DNA from: Candidatus Omnitrophota bacterium | Lineage (GTDB): Bacteria > Omnitrophota > Gorgyraeia > Zapsychrales > Fredricksoniimonadaceae | Assembly: GCA_903901225.1 (NCBI GenBank) | Contig: CAIUQE010000001.1 | Span: 2,563-66,562, forward strand | DNA: 64,000 bases | Direction of reading: 5' to 3' | Shown here: positions 39,235 to 50,171 of the stretch, piece by piece | Numbering within the stretch: the stretch's first letter is position 1 | How the letters are laid out: each line of letters begins with the position of its first letter | Translations under genes and position numbers: made by a program | Notes under the pieces: model-generated | What the model was told of the DNA's origin: nothing | The model's database searches: none | What the model saw: the letters and a program-made list of their open reading frames with translations, nothing else

Positions 39235-40374
39235 TCAAGTCAACGTTGCCGCCCAGCGGAAAACTTTCACGAGCCTCGGCAGGATAAGGGCAAGTATGCC
39301 ACCCCACATCAGCACGCGCAACCACAGCACCCTTGGCCTGCGGACAAGTTCCTCACAAAGCACAGCTATCGCCGCGCAACTGACACCCGCCAGGGCCATC
39401 ATGTAACGGTTCGACACTTCAAAAGCCGGGCTTGGGGTTGGAAATTTTTGATTCACCCAGAGATACCCGAGGAAAACGCCGTACCCGAGGATCGTGAGCC
39501 ATGCCCAGCCCAGGAAAAGCCAGACATTGGCACAAACTTTCTCACCACTGCGACGCGCCCAGACCCAAAGGAAAAAAGGGACGATCAGCAGGAACTGCAA
39601 CCGCCCTTCGGGTACCGCCGCCTTGACCAGATCCAGCGGCTGGCCATAGGAAGCAAAATAAAAATGATACGTCACCCTGTAAAGCTGATGATACCCGAAA
39701 CCAACGGCCAAAGGCAGGATGACCATGGCCAGCAACGGCCAAATCCGCCGATGGCCAGCAACCCATAAGACCGCCCCAGCCGACGTTATCTGAATAACGC
39801 TCAAAGAGCTCGTGACCGCAAGGAACATATGCGCCATAGCGACAAAAACCCAGCCGCGCGCAAGATCCCCGGAACGCAATGCCCTTAATAAAACCACTGC
39901 CTGCAGCACACTGCCAAAGAACACCATCGCGTAAGGCCTGGCTTCGGCAATATACCCCCAGACCAGATAAGTGCCCAGCGCCGTCAGGAACGCCACCACA
40001 CCTGTGGTGATCGAATATGACCTCGCGAAAGCCCAAAAGCTGAGCGCCAACCCAAGCGACATGAACATGACAGGAAGGATACGCAGGATGATCCTCGCCT
40101 CGAAGGGCTGTTGGTGCCACAGGTCACCGGCCGTATAATGAAGAACGGAACAAACACTCTTTTGCAACGCGTAAAACAGAGGTGAATTATTGCCTTCCTG
40201 CACACCGCCGCGCCAGATGGCGGACATGCTCAACCCGTCGACATTGGCCACCTGGGAATATATCTCGTCATTCCACAAAGGCTTCCTCACGGCCACCGAG
40301 AATCCCGACGCAAGCCCGAACAGGAAAATGGCAGCGGCCACACCATGAATGACGAAAGCGTGATATTTCTTCAT
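39235..40374 (-). CDS. Polytopic membrane glycosyltransferase, GT39/ArnT/PMT-like (tentative)
   Basis: About 10 hydrophobic segments. Conserved acidic DE in the first periplasmic loop (PLWNDEIYSQ), as in ArnT/PMT-type lipid-linked-sugar transferases. Sits next to a GT2 polyprenol-phosphate glycosyltransferase. The ORF-track start at 40407 is probably over-extended; the ATG at 40374 is more likely. Confidence 0.5.
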   Translation of the reverse strand: MKKYHAFVIHGVAAAIFLFGLASGFSVAVRKPLWNDEIYSQVANVDGLSMSAIWRGGVQEGNNSPLFYALQKSVCSVLHYTAGDLWHQQPFEARIILRILPVMFMSLGLALSFWAFARSYSITTGVVAFLTALGTYLVWGYIAEARPYAMVFFGSVLQAVVLLRALRSGDLARGWVFVAMAHMFLAVTSSLSVIQITSAGAVLWVAGHRRIWPLLAMVILPLAVGFGYHQLYRVTYHFYFASYGQPLDLVKAAVPEGRLQFLLIVPFFLWVWARRSGEKVCANVWLFLGWAWLTILGYGVFLGYLWVNQKFPTPSPAFEVSNRYMMALAGVSCAAIAVLCEELVRRPRVLWLRVLMWGGILALILPRLVKVFRWAATLT

Positions 40375-41777
40375 ATGAATTTTATTTTTTTCATCGCGAA
40401 AAGGCACATGCGCGCCAGCAGAAGGCCATGACGGAAACGCTGGATCTGCGTTTCACCATAACTGCGGCTTCTGTAGCGCACGGGAAGTTCGACGACCTTT
40501 AAATTAAGTTTCACCGCTCCAAAAATGAGATCAAAATCGCCAAAAGGGTCAAAGTCGCCGAAATAATGCCGGTTGGCCACGAGCTCCAGGTAGTGGCGCC
40601 GAAGCATGACTTTGGTGCCGCAAAGCGTGTCCTTGAACCGCTGGCCCAGGAGCCAGGAAAAGAACAGGCCGAACAACTTGTTCGCGATAAGATTCAAAAA
40701 TCTCATTGCCTCCTTCTCCAGCGGATAGACCAGGCGACAGCCATTGATGAACTCTCCCGTCCCGTCGCGTAGAGCCTCATAAAATTTGGGAAGGTCTTCG
40801 GGCATCACGGTCAGGTCAGCGTCAAGGATCATCAGGACATCACCCTTGGCCTGGCTGAAACCAAAGCGCACGGCATCACCTTTGCCCTTGCCGGGCTGTT
40901 TGTACAAACGGATATTTTTCTGCGGATACTTCCTGATAACCCGCTCAACCTCCTCATAAGTGCCGTCCTTCGAATGCCCCTCGACAAAAATAAATTCCTG
41001 CTCCGCGCCAAACGCGGGCGTGCGGACGACGGCCGCTTCGATATTCCCTTTCTCGTTGCGGCAGGGGACCAGCACCGTGACGGAAAGATCCTTCTCCGGC
41101 GGGAAAATCGGGCGCGCGATGATAAAATGGTTGAGTGTCAGGGCGTTAAAGAAAGGCAGCTTCGCCAGATAACGGTTGATGAGGTCACTCACCAACCACA
41201 AATTGACCGGGCAAAGCATGGCGCGTTCCTTGCTGACCAGCTCATACCCCGCCAACCGCAGGAAGTTCACGATGTCGTCCGCGGTCAGCCAGTTCTGCTC
41301 GGGCTGGGGCATTTTTAGCCCCAGCTTCTCAGCCACGCGCAGGACCACCTGCCAAAGGTAACTGTAATACTCGATGACAAGGCGCGTGTCCCGCGTGCAA
41401 AACCCGCGTAAAGACCGGAGCAGGGCCTGGATATCCACGGCCTCACCCAGGACGCCCGGCAAAATCACGTAATCGAACGTCCCCGCGTCCGTCGCAGCAT
41501 TGATCGAGCCGGCTTCAAAACGCAAATGCGGATACTTTTTACGGGCGATCGCGACCATGGCCGGACTCAGGTCCACCCCAACGCCAGCAGAAGGCCTCAG
41601 GGCGTTCAACAGATCTCCCGTCCCCGTCCCCACTTCAAGCACCTTCTTCCCCTCGGGAACAAAATAACGGTACAGCCGCGTCAGCGTGCGGTAGTAATAC
41701 CCGCTCGCCCGGCGGAAACGGTCCCGTCGAGGCGCGAGCGCGTCATAATATCTGGTCAGGTCTTCCCGCATATCCAT
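40371..41777 (-). CDS. Fusion: class I SAM methyltransferase (N-terminal) plus GT2 polyprenol-phosphate glycosyltransferase (ArnC/DPM1-like, C-terminal)
   Basis: N-terminal VLEVGTGTGDLL SAM motif. C-terminal half VTVLVPCRNEKGNIEAAV…, then a DAD-like (ILDADLT) motif and the DPM1/ArnC-like core. The final 90 aa are hydrophobic or amphipathic. Confidence 0.7.
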   Translation of the reverse strand: MDMREDLTRYYDALAPRRDRFRRASGYYYRTLTRLYRYFVPEGKKVLEVGTGTGDLLNALRPSAGVGVDLSPAMVAIARKKYPHLRFEAGSINAATDAGTFDYVILPGVLGEAVDIQALLRSLRGFCTRDTRLVIEYYSYLWQVVLRVAEKLGLKMPQPEQNWLTADDIVNFLRLAGYELVSKERAMLCPVNLWLVSDLINRYLAKLPFFNALTLNHFIIARPIFPPEKDLSVTVLVPCRNEKGNIEAAVVRTPAFGAEQEFIFVEGHSKDGTYEEVERVIRKYPQKNIRLYKQPGKGKGDAVRFGFSQAKGDVLMILDADLTVMPEDLPKFYEALRDGTGEFINGCRLVYPLEKEAMRFLNLIANKLFGLFFSWLLGQRFKDTLCGTKVMLRRHYLELVANRHYFGDFDPFGDFDLIFGAVKLNLKVVELPVRYRSRSYGETQIQRFRHGLLLARMCLFAMKKIKFI

Positions 41778-42848
41778 TCACCGTCCGAATAATACCGCGC
41801 CGAGCGCGGGATACCGCCTCGTCAGAGACCTGACAAGGAACCAGCACAAACAAACAAAAACAAGCGCCAGCGCCGGCGCCAAAAAAAATGAAAGGAGCAA
41901 GGGGTCTGAAATAAAATGGCCGTGGATCCACCCCGCCGCCTTCGCGTAAAAACCTTCAACAATATACCGCTGAAGCAGATAAATGCCCAATGAATAAACA
42001 CCGATCTCAATCAGAAACCCCCGCAGCCCGGTCCGCGCCAGATACGCGCCAATGTGGAACATCAGCGCGATCCCCAACCCCGCAACGCAATAACGGTACA
42101 CTAGCCTCAAAACCTGAGTGCCGGCCTGCTCAAGGGTGAATGCCATCCTGTTGATGTAAATATAGTCGTTCCTCCCCCAGAACGACACCAGCCCCGTGAA
42201 GGCGAACAGCGCGCCAATAAAGACTGCCGGAGGCATCCGCCATTCCCGCGCCGCCGGGCCATACCTGTTGAAAAGATAGCCCGCCAGATAAAACAAATAG
42301 AACCACTGGACATAATAAAGCGCGAAATTCTGATTTGGCGCAATACCCATCAGAAGCAAATAAACCAGGCCAAAAGCCCAAAAACCAAGGCGCTCCTGCA
42401 GTTTGATGGAACAGAGCAAGACGGCGCTGACAACGAACAAAGAGAAGAGGAACCATATGACCGGATGCCACAGCAATTCATCGGCGAAGGCCAGGGGCCA
42501 GTGCAGGATGCTCACGGCTTTCCCGCTGATCACGTCGAGCGCGGACATCGTCATGACGCCCAGGATCCCCCAGATGGCATAAGGGACCAGCAGGCTCCGG
42601 CACCTGGCCAGGAAAACGTCGAGGATACTTTTGCGGCCCAGGCTGAAAACAAGGGAATAACCGCTGATGAAAAAAAACAGCGGCATATGGAACGCGTAAA
42701 CGGCCTTGAATGCCGCGCTGGCAAAGAAATCGCCGCCCGTCGCGAGGATGCTGCGCTGGATGACATGGCCGTAAATGACAAGGATGATCGCCAGGCCCCT
42801 GACAGTGGCCAGGGTAAGGTCTTTGGCAGGCATGCTGTTCACCAACAA
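41778..42848 (-). CDS. Acyltransferase family 3 (membrane-bound O-acyltransferase of glycans)
   Basis: N-terminal …VRGLAIILVIYGHV… motif of Acyl_transf_3 and about 10 predicted TM segments. Confidence 0.7.
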   Translation of the reverse strand: MLVNSMPAKDLTLATVRGLAIILVIYGHVIQRSILATGGDFFASAAFKAVYAFHMPLFFFISGYSLVFSLGRKSILDVFLARCRSLLVPYAIWGILGVMTMSALDVISGKAVSILHWPLAFADELLWHPVIWFLFSLFVVSAVLLCSIKLQERLGFWAFGLVYLLLMGIAPNQNFALYYVQWFYLFYLAGYLFNRYGPAAREWRMPPAVFIGALFAFTGLVSFWGRNDYIYINRMAFTLEQAGTQVLRLVYRYCVAGLGIALMFHIGAYLARTGLRGFLIEIGVYSLGIYLLQRYIVEGFYAKAAGWIHGHFISDPLLLSFFLAPALALVFVCLCWFLVRSLTRRYPALGAVLFGR

Positions 42849-42850
42849 GG

Positions 42851-43717
42851 TTATAACGACCGCAGGATTTTTGTCACCGGCTCGGCCTTGTTAAGCGTAT
42901 AGAGATGCAGGCCCGGCGCCCCCCCGGCAAGAAGTTCCCGGCACTGCTCCACCGCAAAGGCGATGCCGGCCTCAAGGGTCTTTTCCCTGTCCTGGGCGAT
43001 GGGCGCAAAGATATCATGGACTTTTTGCGGGATCGACGCGCCGCAGCCCTTGCAGAAATTGATCGCGGCCTCGTAGCTGGTAATGGGCAATATCCCCGGG
43101 ATAACGCGCGCGTTGACGCCAATGGCCCTTAGGCGCCTGACATAATCAAAATAAAGCGCGTTGTCAAAAAAAAGCTGTGTCATCACGAACTCCCCGCCCG
43201 CGTCCATCTTGGCCTTGAGGACAGCAACATCAGCCTCCGGGCCGGCGGCGAGCGGATGCCCTTCGGGGAACCCCGCGACGCCGATAGAAAAGAAATCACC
43301 GTAATGCTCCCGGATGAACTTTACCAATTCCGAACTGTAACGGAAATTATCCGGGCCAGGGACCCAATCAGGCGTATCTTTAGGGGCGTCGCCGCGCAAC
43401 GCGAGGATATTGCGGATATCGTGCGCCTTGAGCCGGTCAAGGACATCCCTGATCTCGGCGCGCGTGTGCGCCACGCAGGTAAAATGGTGCATCGCGATGA
43501 GCCGGTACTTTTCCTGGACAAGACGGACAAGGTCAAAGGTCCTGTCGCGGCTCGACCCGCCCGCGCCATAGGTCACGGAAACAAAATCAGGCTTGAGCCT
43601 GGCCAGTTCACCAAGCGTTACCTGCAAAGCTTCCATCCCCTTGTCGGTCTTCGGCGGGAATATCTCGATCGAAAAGGTGCGCGGTTCCGTCGTGAAAATA
43701 TCGGTCAGTTTTTCCAT
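42851..43717 (-). CDS. metF: 5,10-methylenetetrahydrofolate reductase
   Basis: Full set of MetF blocks: SIEIFPPKT, SVTYGAGGS, HFTC, NILALRGD, GVAGFPEGHP, IPGILPI, LHLYTLN. Confidence 0.9.
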   Translation of the reverse strand: MEKLTDIFTTEPRTFSIEIFPPKTDKGMEALQVTLGELARLKPDFVSVTYGAGGSSRDRTFDLVRLVQEKYRLIAMHHFTCVAHTRAEIRDVLDRLKAHDIRNILALRGDAPKDTPDWVPGPDNFRYSSELVKFIREHYGDFFSIGVAGFPEGHPLAAGPEADVAVLKAKMDAGGEFVMTQLFFDNALYFDYVRRLRAIGVNARVIPGILPITSYEAAINFCKGCGASIPQKVHDIFAPIAQDREKTLEAGIAFAVEQCRELLAGGAPGLHLYTLNKAEPVTKILRSL

Positions 43718-43746
43718 ATCAGTTCATTGCCCCGCGATTAAAAGTT

Positions 43747-43795
43747 CAGGGGACACGTGCCAAATTCAAACGACGAATCTGGTACATGTCCCCTG
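43747..43795 (-). terminator. Candidate rho-independent terminator downstream of gap
   Basis: Inverted repeat CAGGGGACACGTGCC … GGTACATGTCCCCTG (15-nt arms, 2 mismatches, about 19-nt loop). On the transcribed minus strand it is followed by a CTTTTAAT tract. Located about 50 bp after the gap stop codon. Confidence 0.35.
43753..43773. repeat. Copy 1 of a short conserved intergenic motif, ACACGTGCCAAATTCAAACGA
   Basis: 18 of 20 positions identical to 61516-61536 (ACACGTCCCAAATTCAAAAGA). Both copies sit in short intergenic spacers between co-directional minus-strand genes. Confidence 0.3.
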
Positions 43796-43842
43796 TGTAA
43801 TATCGTTCTCTATTTACAAATTCACGCCTTTCAAAAAAGCCG

Positions 43843-44976
<1,134 letters not shown>

Positions 44977-45018
44977 CTTATTTCTGACGCGCACGTCACC
45001 CAAGACGCGACGCGCTTA

Positions 45019-46455
45019 TTACTTCTTCAATGCCCACAAATATCGGATCTGCGTAATTACCTGCGGGATCGATGGCGCTGAAAAAAACCTGTACTTATCA
45101 TCCTGGGCCCCCCAGATATGATCCCAATGAGCCGCGCCCCGAGGACGGCCGGCCGGCAACGTGTGGCCAAACGGGCTGCTCAAGGTCCGTGGATCATGCG
45201 CCACCACCGCCCTGCGGTATTGAAGCCATCCTGCCACATCTATATTCGTGTAAACATAGGTAAAATAAGTGTTATACGCGAACCATACGCTCACAACAGC
45301 CAGCAAACAGCCGCGAACAAGTTTCAATGATCTCCCGCGTTCTCCCAGCCTCAGCAGGGCCGCCCATCCTCCTGATGGTTCAAAAGCGTAAAAAGCGACG
45401 CTGACGGCCACAACGCACAAACACCGCACCCTCCAGTGTGCCGGGCCCTGAAGAAAAGCGTTAATATAAAGGAAGAGGATCGATCCCAGGGCTATCGCGG
45501 CAAACAACCGGAAATCCCGGCTCAGCACGTTCCTGAAACGTTTGTCAAGTTTAATGAACAACACCATCAGAAAAACAGGCAGCGCGTCCTTGAACATTAG
45601 CAGTGTTGTTCTCGTCCCTGTCAACAACGCATTTACAAAATGATGCCAGTTAAGCAACGACACGAAGAAACCAGGTGTGTGCGCGCGTTCATCAAGAAAC
45701 TTGCTCGAACCGCCTTTGGTATAGAACGCGACCGCCAGTACCGCCCCCAGGATGACGCTCAAATGGATGCTTAACAACTTTTCAACAAGTGATTTATGGC
45801 GTTGACGTGCCAGCATTCCCGCGTCCCAAAGAAGATAAACAACGATGCCGCCAAAAGCGACAGTCCACACTTCATGCCACGACGCAGCGATAAAAGTGAT
45901 GCAGAAAAGCGTGATGCCTTTCCCAAAGAAATGCGTGTTTGTCTGGCACGATCTTCTGTAAAGAAAATACCACAGGATCATCCAGACAACCGACACCGTA
46001 TAATGACTTGCCGCGATATTCCACGGGCCTATATGCCCCAGATAAGGAAACCCAAACACACCGAGCAAAACAAGGATCACGCGGATCAGGAGCGTCTCAT
46101 TGATCAAGGCGCCCCACAACAAACTTGTCGCGACAATCGCCGTAAGAAGACTATATGGCTTGAAAAACGAGAACGGGCTCGTGACGAGATAATAATATCC
46201 GCTGAAATACCAGCGTATCTGCTGCCCGGTCTCCGGCCAGGGATGCAGCAAGGAAGGGATCGATACACTCCAGTCGTCGAATGACAAAGGCTGGATCGCC
46301 AGGATGCCATAAAATATCGCTATGACCAAAACAAATGTAAGACCCTCCAGGATGATCGGAAAAGACCAGTCGTCCGCGCGCACCTGGTCATTCCCGGACG
46401 TGTTATTTTTTCGTTCCATCAAAGACATAAACCGGCCTTCCTTTGATATTATCAC
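45019..46455 (-). CDS. Polytopic integral membrane protein of unknown function
   Basis: 478 aa with more than 10 hydrophobic helices and no recognisable catalytic motif. Adjacent and co-oriented with a sensor kinase. Confidence 0.4.
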   Translation of the reverse strand: MIISKEGRFMSLMERKNNTSGNDQVRADDWSFPIILEGLTFVLVIAIFYGILAIQPLSFDDWSVSIPSLLHPWPETGQQIRWYFSGYYYLVTSPFSFFKPYSLLTAIVATSLLWGALINETLLIRVILVLLGVFGFPYLGHIGPWNIAASHYTVSVVWMILWYFLYRRSCQTNTHFFGKGITLFCITFIAASWHEVWTVAFGGIVVYLLWDAGMLARQRHKSLVEKLLSIHLSVILGAVLAVAFYTKGGSSKFLDERAHTPGFFVSLLNWHHFVNALLTGTRTTLLMFKDALPVFLMVLFIKLDKRFRNVLSRDFRLFAAIALGSILFLYINAFLQGPAHWRVRCLCVVAVSVAFYAFEPSGGWAALLRLGERGRSLKLVRGCLLAVVSVWFAYNTYFTYVYTNIDVAGWLQYRRAVVAHDPRTLSSPFGHTLPAGRPRGAAHWDHIWGAQDDKYRFFSAPSIPQVITQIRYLWALKK

Positions 46456-46473
46456 TTTGCCAAAAAAAACATA

Positions 46474-47748
46474 TTATAAGAAAAATGGGACAAAGAAAAG
46501 AAAACTTGCGAACGTTACGAATTCCCGCGCAACCGGTGGCGACGCGGAAGCGGACAGGCCGTTAGCCGGCACGAATTCCAGGCAGGGAAGGGTGATCAAA
46601 AAAGACGTCCCGGCGCCGGGTTCACTCCTGACGCTGATCGCGCCCCGGTGGGCCGCGAGGATGCCCTGGACGATGGAAAGGCCAAGCCCGGTGCCTTCAC
46701 CGACGGGCTTGGTGGTGAAGAACGGGTCGAATATCCTGGGCAGGACATCCTCGGGGATCCCTGCCCCGTTATCGCCCACTTCGATGCACACATGATCCTC
46801 CTGCCCGCGGGTCCGGATGATGAGCCGCCCCCCATGCCCCATGGCCTGCGCCGCGTTCGTGAAAAGGTTGACAAAGACCTGCGCCATCTGCGGCGCGTTA
46901 AAAGACAAGGGCGGGATATCGCCGTACTCCTTCACCACCTCGACTTTGAGCCTGAGCTCACCGTGGACGGTGTCGAGCGCGGACTGGATGCAGTCATGGA
47001 TGTTGCCAGGGCGCAAGTCGGAACGAGCGGGATGCGTGAACGACCCCAGGTCCTTCACAAGGCTCGCGATCTTCCCGGCCCTGTGGACAGCCTCATCGAG
47101 GATATCCTGCGATCCCTGGAACATTTCCATCGCCTCGAACCGCGCCGCCGCGGGGACCTCCTTCTTCAGGAAAGCCCCGATCTTCCTCTGCGCGTCACTG
47201 AGCGCCGCGAGGTTGCCGACAACATCCGCCAGCGGCGCTTGTATCTCATGCGCGATCCCGGCGGACAACTGCCCCATGGCGGACATCCTTTCCGCCTGGA
47301 TCAGCTGGGCCTGGGCGATCTTGAGCACGGCGGTGCGTTCGCTGACAAGGTCCTCCAGGCGGTTGTTATGCGCCCGCAGCGCCTGTTGCTGCCGATCCGT
47401 CTTCATCAATAGCCTTTTGAAACTGGCAAGGAGGGCAATGAACCCGAAGCAGAAAACAAGCCGCGTGAAAAGGTCCCAGTACGGAACGAACAAGCCGATC
47501 GACGATGGCGATGAACGCACGTCATCCATCACCCACATCAGGAAACTTGCCCCGGCAACAAGGATGCCGCCCCAGATCCCCGCGGACCAGGCGGCCAGCG
47601 CGACCGGAGCGAGATAGAACACAAAGAAAGAAAAATGAGGGTCCGTCGCCTGGTCCAGGGCCGCAAGGGCCGCGACAAGGACCAGCGCGCAGAATGTGAC
47701 GAGGAATTCTTTCTTCAACGGGACACCCGTTGCGCCGGATACGGCCAT
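46474..47748 (-). CDS. Sensor histidine kinase (membrane-anchored)
   Basis: H-box GIAHEIQAPLADV. N, G1 and G2 boxes (…VGDNGAGIPEDVLPRIFDPFFTTK…GTGLGLSIV…). An N-terminal about 90 aa hydrophobic sensor region and a coiled-coil linker. Confidence 0.8.
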   Translation of the reverse strand: MAVSGATGVPLKKEFLVTFCALVLVAALAALDQATDPHFSFFVFYLAPVALAAWSAGIWGGILVAGASFLMWVMDDVRSSPSSIGLFVPYWDLFTRLVFCFGFIALLASFKRLLMKTDRQQQALRAHNNRLEDLVSERTAVLKIAQAQLIQAERMSAMGQLSAGIAHEIQAPLADVVGNLAALSDAQRKIGAFLKKEVPAAARFEAMEMFQGSQDILDEAVHRAGKIASLVKDLGSFTHPARSDLRPGNIHDCIQSALDTVHGELRLKVEVVKEYGDIPPLSFNAPQMAQVFVNLFTNAAQAMGHGGRLIIRTRGQEDHVCIEVGDNGAGIPEDVLPRIFDPFFTTKPVGEGTGLGLSIVQGILAAHRGAISVRSEPGAGTSFLITLPCLEFVPANGLSASASPPVAREFVTFASFLFFVPFFL

Positions 47749-47825
47749 ACGCCCTCCATGGACAGGATCATTTTAACACCCTGCCGGCGGCGCGTTCCAA
47801 TAAAGATGAAAAAAAGAAAGAGGCC

Positions 47826-50171
47826 TCAACTCCCGGCCGGGGCCCTGGAATGATCCTCTTTGAGAAAGGGGATGACATTCTCCTGAGGCATGGGACGGCT
47901 GAAGAAATAACCCTGGCAGTAATCGCTCCCCTCCTTGATCAACCGGTCCAGCTGCATGCCGCTCTCGACACCCTCGGCGATAACGCGCAGTTTCAGCTGA
48001 TGCGCCAGCATGATGATCGCGGGGATCAGATCCGAACCCTCGTCGGGTTTCATCGCGCTCACGAACCCGCGGTCGATCTTCAGATGCGAGATCGGCAAGC
48101 GCTGCAGGTGGCTCAGGGAGGAAAAACCGGTCCCGAAATCATCGAGCGAGACCTTCACGCCCAACGCGCGGATCGCCTGAAGCGCCTCGATCGCCGCGTC
48201 GGAAGAATTGATGAAGATGCTTTCCGTGACCTCGATCTCCAGCAATTCCGGCGGCAGGCCGCTTTCGGCCAGCACCCTGCGGATCACATCCACAATGCTT
48301 TTGCGCCGCAGCTGGACCACGGAAATGTTGACGGACATGACCAGGTCCCCGAACCCGGCGTCCATAAGGCTCTTGTTGAAACAGCACGCCTGCGCCAGCA
48401 CCCACGCTCCGATGGGGATGATCAGCCCCGTCTCTTCCGCCACGGGAATAAAGTCGTCGGGGAACACCATCCCGCCCTCGGTGCGCGCCCAGCGCAGGAG
48501 CGCTTCAAAACCACGAACACGGCCATCCGCCGCGGCCACAATGGGCTGGTAAAAAAGCCTCAGCTCGTTGCGCTGCAGCGCGTCACGCAGGCCGCGCTCG
48601 ATCTGCATCCTGGTAACGGCCTTGCGGTTCATGACAACATTGAAAAAACAAAAACTGTTGCGCCCGGCTTCCTTGGCCGCGTACATGGCCGCGTCGGCAT
48701 TCTTAAGAAGCTCCTCGAGATCTCCCCCGTCATGCGGATAAACCGCGATGCCGATGCTGACCGTGATGAAAAGGTCGTTGCCCGCCACCAGGCGGGCATT
48801 GTTGAACTTCGCGCGGATACGCTCGGTGATGACCTGCGCGCTCTGGGGCGTGTCCAGGCCATTGAGAAACACAATGAATTCATCGCCTCCCAGGCGGGCC
48901 ACGGTGTCTTCCTCCCGGACGCACTCGTTGAGCTTGTGCGCGCTATCCTTGATGAGTTCATCGCCGACGGAATGGCCCAACGTGTCGTTGACGCTCTTGA
49001 AATGGTCAAGGTCGACAAAGAGGATGGCGCACACGCCCTCCCGGCGCCGGGCTTGCGCCAGGCCGGCATTGGTGCGCTCGAGAAAAAGAGCGCGGCTGGG
49101 GAGCCCGGTCAGCGCGTCGTATTGCGCCATGACGAGAAGCCTGCTTTCCAGAAGCTTCCTGTCCGTAATGTCACGCCCGATACCGACGAGCCCGCTGACG
49201 CGCCCCTCCTTGTCCCTGATCGGCAATTTTGACGTCAGCATCCAGCGCTGCGCCCCGGCGACATCCGCGATAAGCTCCTCCTGGTTGATGATCGCGCGCC
49301 CCTGCTCGAGGACCGTCCTGTCATCGAGCGTGTAGCCCGCGTCGAAATTCCCGAAAACCCTTCTCTCGGCGGGATTCGCGAGGATCTTGCTCCCGTGGAT
49401 ATCTTTCGCGTAAATGGTATCGGGGATGATATCAATGAGGGTCCGCAGCAGGTCCTTTTCCCTGGCCAGGGCCTGGCGGGTCTGCTTCAATTCGGTGATA
49501 TCGTAGATCATGCCCAGGATATAATCTTCCTTGCCGGAATGGATCATCTCGGCAATGAAGATCACGTCCTTGGTCTCGCCCGTCTTCGTGACCAGCCGGG
49601 TCTCAAAACCTTCCGTTTTCTTGTTCTCTTTGAGCATGTCGATCATTTTATCCCTGTCAGAAGGATAGGCCCACAGGAACAACTCCAGGGCTGTCTTGCC
49701 GAGAACCTCGTCGCGTGAATAACCGAACAGCGCCAGGAAAGATTCATTCACTTCCACCATCCGGCCATCCGCCAGGCGCGACAGCAGGATGGAAACGCGG
49801 CTCGCGTGGAACATGGCGCCAAAGCGCCGCTCGGTATCGCGCGACGAGCTCTCCACCCGCCGGCTTTCCAGCGCTGTGCCGATATTCCATCCCAGGCCTT
49901 CGAGGAACGTGACAAGTTCAGAGGTGAACAACCCTTCCCTGCGCGCGTTCACCTGCAGGAGGCCGATGATCCTCTCGCCCGCCCGGACCGGGACAAGGGC
50001 GATCGAACGGTAACCGCGATGGATGCATTGAAGGCGGGGATCAGTGCCAAGGCTGCCGTCGGGCGCACGGCTGCCAGTTCCGCCGCATGACTCGTCCAAA
50101 AACTTCCGCCTGGGGTAAAGAACGGTTTGTCCGGGTCGATCCGCCCGGCAATGACCTGGCCGCAAATGCAC
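47826..50171 (-). CDS. PAS/PAC-GGDEF-EAL signalling protein (c-di-GMP cyclase/phosphodiesterase). Its N-terminal end appears to be the tail of a GAF domain.
   Basis: Tandem PAS/PAC regions, a GGDEF motif (RLGGDEFIVFL) and an EAL domain (QPIV…, EIEVTES, DDFGTGFSS). Its first about 100 aa (…IALVPVRAGERIIGLLQVNARREGLF…) look like the C-terminal half of a GAF domain. Confidence 0.85.
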   Translation of the reverse strand: MHLRPGHCRADRPGQTVLYPRRKFLDESCGGTGSRAPDGSLGTDPRLQCIHRGYRSIALVPVRAGERIIGLLQVNARREGLFTSELVTFLEGLGWNIGTALESRRVESSSRDTERRFGAMFHASRVSILLSRLADGRMVEVNESFLALFGYSRDEVLGKTALELFLWAYPSDRDKMIDMLKENKKTEGFETRLVTKTGETKDVIFIAEMIHSGKEDYILGMIYDITELKQTRQALAREKDLLRTLIDIIPDTIYAKDIHGSKILANPAERRVFGNFDAGYTLDDRTVLEQGRAIINQEELIADVAGAQRWMLTSKLPIRDKEGRVSGLVGIGRDITDRKLLESRLLVMAQYDALTGLPSRALFLERTNAGLAQARRREGVCAILFVDLDHFKSVNDTLGHSVGDELIKDSAHKLNECVREEDTVARLGGDEFIVFLNGLDTPQSAQVITERIRAKFNNARLVAGNDLFITVSIGIAVYPHDGGDLEELLKNADAAMYAAKEAGRNSFCFFNVVMNRKAVTRMQIERGLRDALQRNELRLFYQPIVAAADGRVRGFEALLRWARTEGGMVFPDDFIPVAEETGLIIPIGAWVLAQACCFNKSLMDAGFGDLVMSVNISVVQLRRKSIVDVIRRVLAESGLPPELLEIEVTESIFINSSDAAIEALQAIRALGVKVSLDDFGTGFSSLSHLQRLPISHLKIDRGFVSAMKPDEGSDLIPAIIMLAHQLKLRVIAEGVESGMQLDRLIKEGSDYCQGYFFSRPMPQENVIPFLKEDHSRAPAGS

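Noticed and set aside
44981-45012. GACGCGC direct repeats downstream of the 45019-46455 membrane-protein gene, considered as a terminator
   Set aside because: The repeats are direct, not inverted, so no stable stem can form.
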